Assembly: GCA_973895155.1 (NCBI GenBank) | Contig: OZ316891.1 | Location: 30,511,112 to 30,575,111, forward strand | DNA: 64,000 bases | From: Marsupella aquatica | Lineage: Eukaryota; Plantae; Marchantiophyta | Reading direction: 5' to 3' | Part shown: positions 61,205 through 64,000 of the stretch, in pieces | Position numbering within the stretch: position 1 is the stretch's first letter | How the letters are laid out: every line of letters starts with the position of its first letter | Made by a program: the position numbers and the translations under genes | The notes under the pieces: generated by a model | Seen by the model: only the letters and a program-made list of their open reading frames with translations | The model's database searches: none | Told to the model about the DNA's origin: nothing

Positions 61205-64000
61205 CGGTGGTGGTGGCTGCCCTGGAGGCAGAGAGCTGCTTTCGTTCCCAATCTCTGCAATTCAACAGGAACTCTACTCTTGAAAAGGCAACCAGTGCGG
61301 CAAACGACCCATTTTTGTGACTAAACGAGTGAAAACAAGAGATGAGCCTGGATAGAAGTCTGGAACCCTTTATAAAATCCTTGCAACAGTCTCTATCGGA
61401 TATTACTGTGGCAAGATTCAAAACAGACAACAGCAGCCTCTCTGACGCAAATTTTCCATGGACTATATTTTATTGTCTTTCACATTGAGAGGGATGCCAA
61501 CAAATATCCTCACCGAATCTCTACACCTCAACTGCTCTCAGGCAGGACTCACGTCGGATTCGGCAATCACCACCGCAAGAAGTAGTGCTCATCACCGTTG
61601 CAGCCAGCTGAATTGCTGTCGCCTAGCAATTAGGTTCGATTCAGCAAACAGGGCATAGCCGCAAAGATCTCCCTAACAGTACCTCAGAGGATTGAGTCGA
61701 TAGGCCAAGCCCCGCTCCGCCCCCAGCGACACAGTGAAGTTCAGCTCACGACCATCTCCAATCCATAGTCGCTCCAACCTCCAACCGAGCAGCAAAGATC
61801 GTGAGCCTCGTCAATCACAACGACACAAAATCCGCATAGGATCAGCGGCACAAAACTCATTAGGTCCAACCAGCCAGCCGGCAAAATTCCCAATGCCACC
61901 CTGCCGTCTTGGTGCTAGACCGCGAAAAGGAAAGGGGATTGGTGAATATTTGACCAAAATTGAATCGTCGGTCTCACTCCTGAGCCCGAGGCTTCTCTTC
62001 CCACTCAAGGAGTTAGATCTTGTCAACAAGCTTCAATTAAAGGAATGAATGAATTGCTCCGACACTGAACTTCATTGAGGGGTGACCCAAAAGGAGAGCG
62101 AGGTAGAGATAAATATGCCGGCAGAACGAACGAGGGTCACATCCTCGTCTAACTAACTCTCCTCCGCCCTCTCCCCCTCGTCCCCAGACATCGGATCGAA
62201 GAATTGGATCGAAGAATTTCAGGGATCTCACTCGAGACAGAGCAAATTGAGACAGGGCCAGTGAGAGAACAGAGTGCCCGAATGCGCGAGACAGAGTGAA
62301 TGAATGAGAGATTTGCTCGACTACAAACGACTGTACAGAACTGTAGCGTCTCCAATTAGTTTCTCTGTTTCGAATTCAACGAAACAGAGACTTGGTGGGC
62401 CCCCTTGAGCGAAACAAACCCCTCTACTTAAATTTGCCACCAACTTTAAGGGCCAACTCGCCTCTACTTAAATTTGCTACCAACTTTAAGGAGGTATTCT
62501 ATGTTGCAAGCAAACAGGAGATTTTGATAGGGAGTAGATTTTGATAGCAAGACACTAATGGTTCCAAATTTCAGGTGCTTTTTGGTGTCTTTTACATTTT
62601 TTGAGTTTTTTAAAGACTCCAGATGGCTAGCGAGCTAGCTAGCAAAAAGGGAGTCCCCAAAAGGGATGATACCAACCAGGTAGTTGATAGCAAGGCAGTT
62701 GGATGCAAATAAATAGAGGTCATGCAAGAATGTTTTTTGCTCGGGCGAGGAATACTTTTACTGTTTGCTTGCACGTTACAATTACTCAACTTTAAGGACC
62801 AACTCACATGTCTTCGGTCCTTCAGAATGTGGCCCTTTGCCCTTGCGTCCATTTCACAAAATCTTCTTTCCTGCTGGGTGTGATACGCGGGTGTGATACA
62901 CGCTATGGAGTGCACTCATCTTTGTCCTTACCTGCAAGGGACTTTCTTTAACTTTTTTATTTGTTTGAAGGAAATAATCATTTGATCAATACATTTTTTT
63001 GTTGCAAATTTTTACCCAATATACAAACATATGGAAGCATTGGTTGCAGTGAAGTGATGCTACGCTATGCAATAGCTGCTTCGTATGTGGAAATCTGAGA
63101 ATCAGTTGCACACTTTTTGTTTTCTTTGCAAGGCAAAGGTCTGGATCTGCAAGGGCCGGAAGGTTTCAGGTCTTTGCCCTTGGGTCCCCACAAGACCTAC
63201 TGCCAGGCCTGCCTCTTGTGGGGCTTAATGGCAGCAATTCTCAACATGACATGTTGGACTTTGAGGGCCACATTCTGAATGGCGAATGACATGCGAATTG
63301 GCCCTAAAGGTTAACTATGTGTAATCATTTTTGGAAGTCCGTCCTATCTCCATAATGTACTGGCCAGAAAGTCACGATCATTAACTATTTTTTGGACCAT
63401 ATCTTGTATTGGATAATGGCTGCCTGGTAGGGTTACTAGCCTATAACCTTGTGACCAGAAAGTGAGGAAAACTCGAGTGAAAGCAGCTGGGAAGCTTTTC
63501 TGAGCTTTCTTGAAGCCGGGTTCAGACTAAAACCCCTGCTCAGACCTCCATTACAGTACGTAATTATTGTCCAAAAAAAGGTTACTTCCAGGCAACAGAT
63601 TCTTGGAATAGCGAGTACCTCCAAAAATGGTTATGTATAGGATAATGGCCGCTGGTATGGGGTCCTGGAGTGAAGTTTGCTCCCAGGATCCAGAAAAGCT
63701 TCCCGGCCAGAGCTTTTCTTCACTTTCTTGTCACAAGGTTACAGCCTAGTAATTCTGTGCCCAAACCGTCATTGTCCTCCACTTACCCCTTCTTTGGAAA
63801 GGGGAGTTGCTGGGACCTCGTCCCTGTCATCCAAGTACATCACCTGCAAGATTCCATGTCAATGTTGAATGAAATAATTATAGGTTACCTGTATGTAACC
63901 ATTTATGGAGATCCTTGCTATTTCTACCATCTAGTGCCCAAAAGCTTGTGATTGGTGGCTTTTTTCCTTACCACATTTACACAATGGGACACCAGCCCAA

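Noticed and set aside
62421-62492. 40 bp tandem duplication upstream of the amylase
   Set aside because: Common local duplication with no evidence of function.

Overview
Eukaryotic land-plant genomic DNA with spliceosomal introns; a non-seed plant such as a bryophyte is likely, but that is inference. Host genes: the 3' part of a NUDT9/NUDX9-like Nudix hydrolase (+), a CKI1-like hybrid histidine kinase (+), tRNA-Ala(AGC) and an AMY2-like alpha-amylase (-). Mobile DNA: a full-length young Ty1-copia LTR element (5565-11357, TSD ATGTG), a PIF/Harbinger transposase relic with a nested solo LTR, and AT-rich TE debris with several local repeats. The most interesting object is a ~11.6 kb hAT-type element (~22855-34488). 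Its mirror-image arms flank an intact DUF659-type hAT transposase (+) and, convergently (-), a protein kinase with two nonsense codons and an intact coiled-coil/RING-H2 protein. Between the convergent genes lies a ~1.3 kb array of five long hairpins. Four are homologous and show compensatory changes within each stem, which suggests a transposon-encoded polycistronic hairpin/small-RNA cluster.
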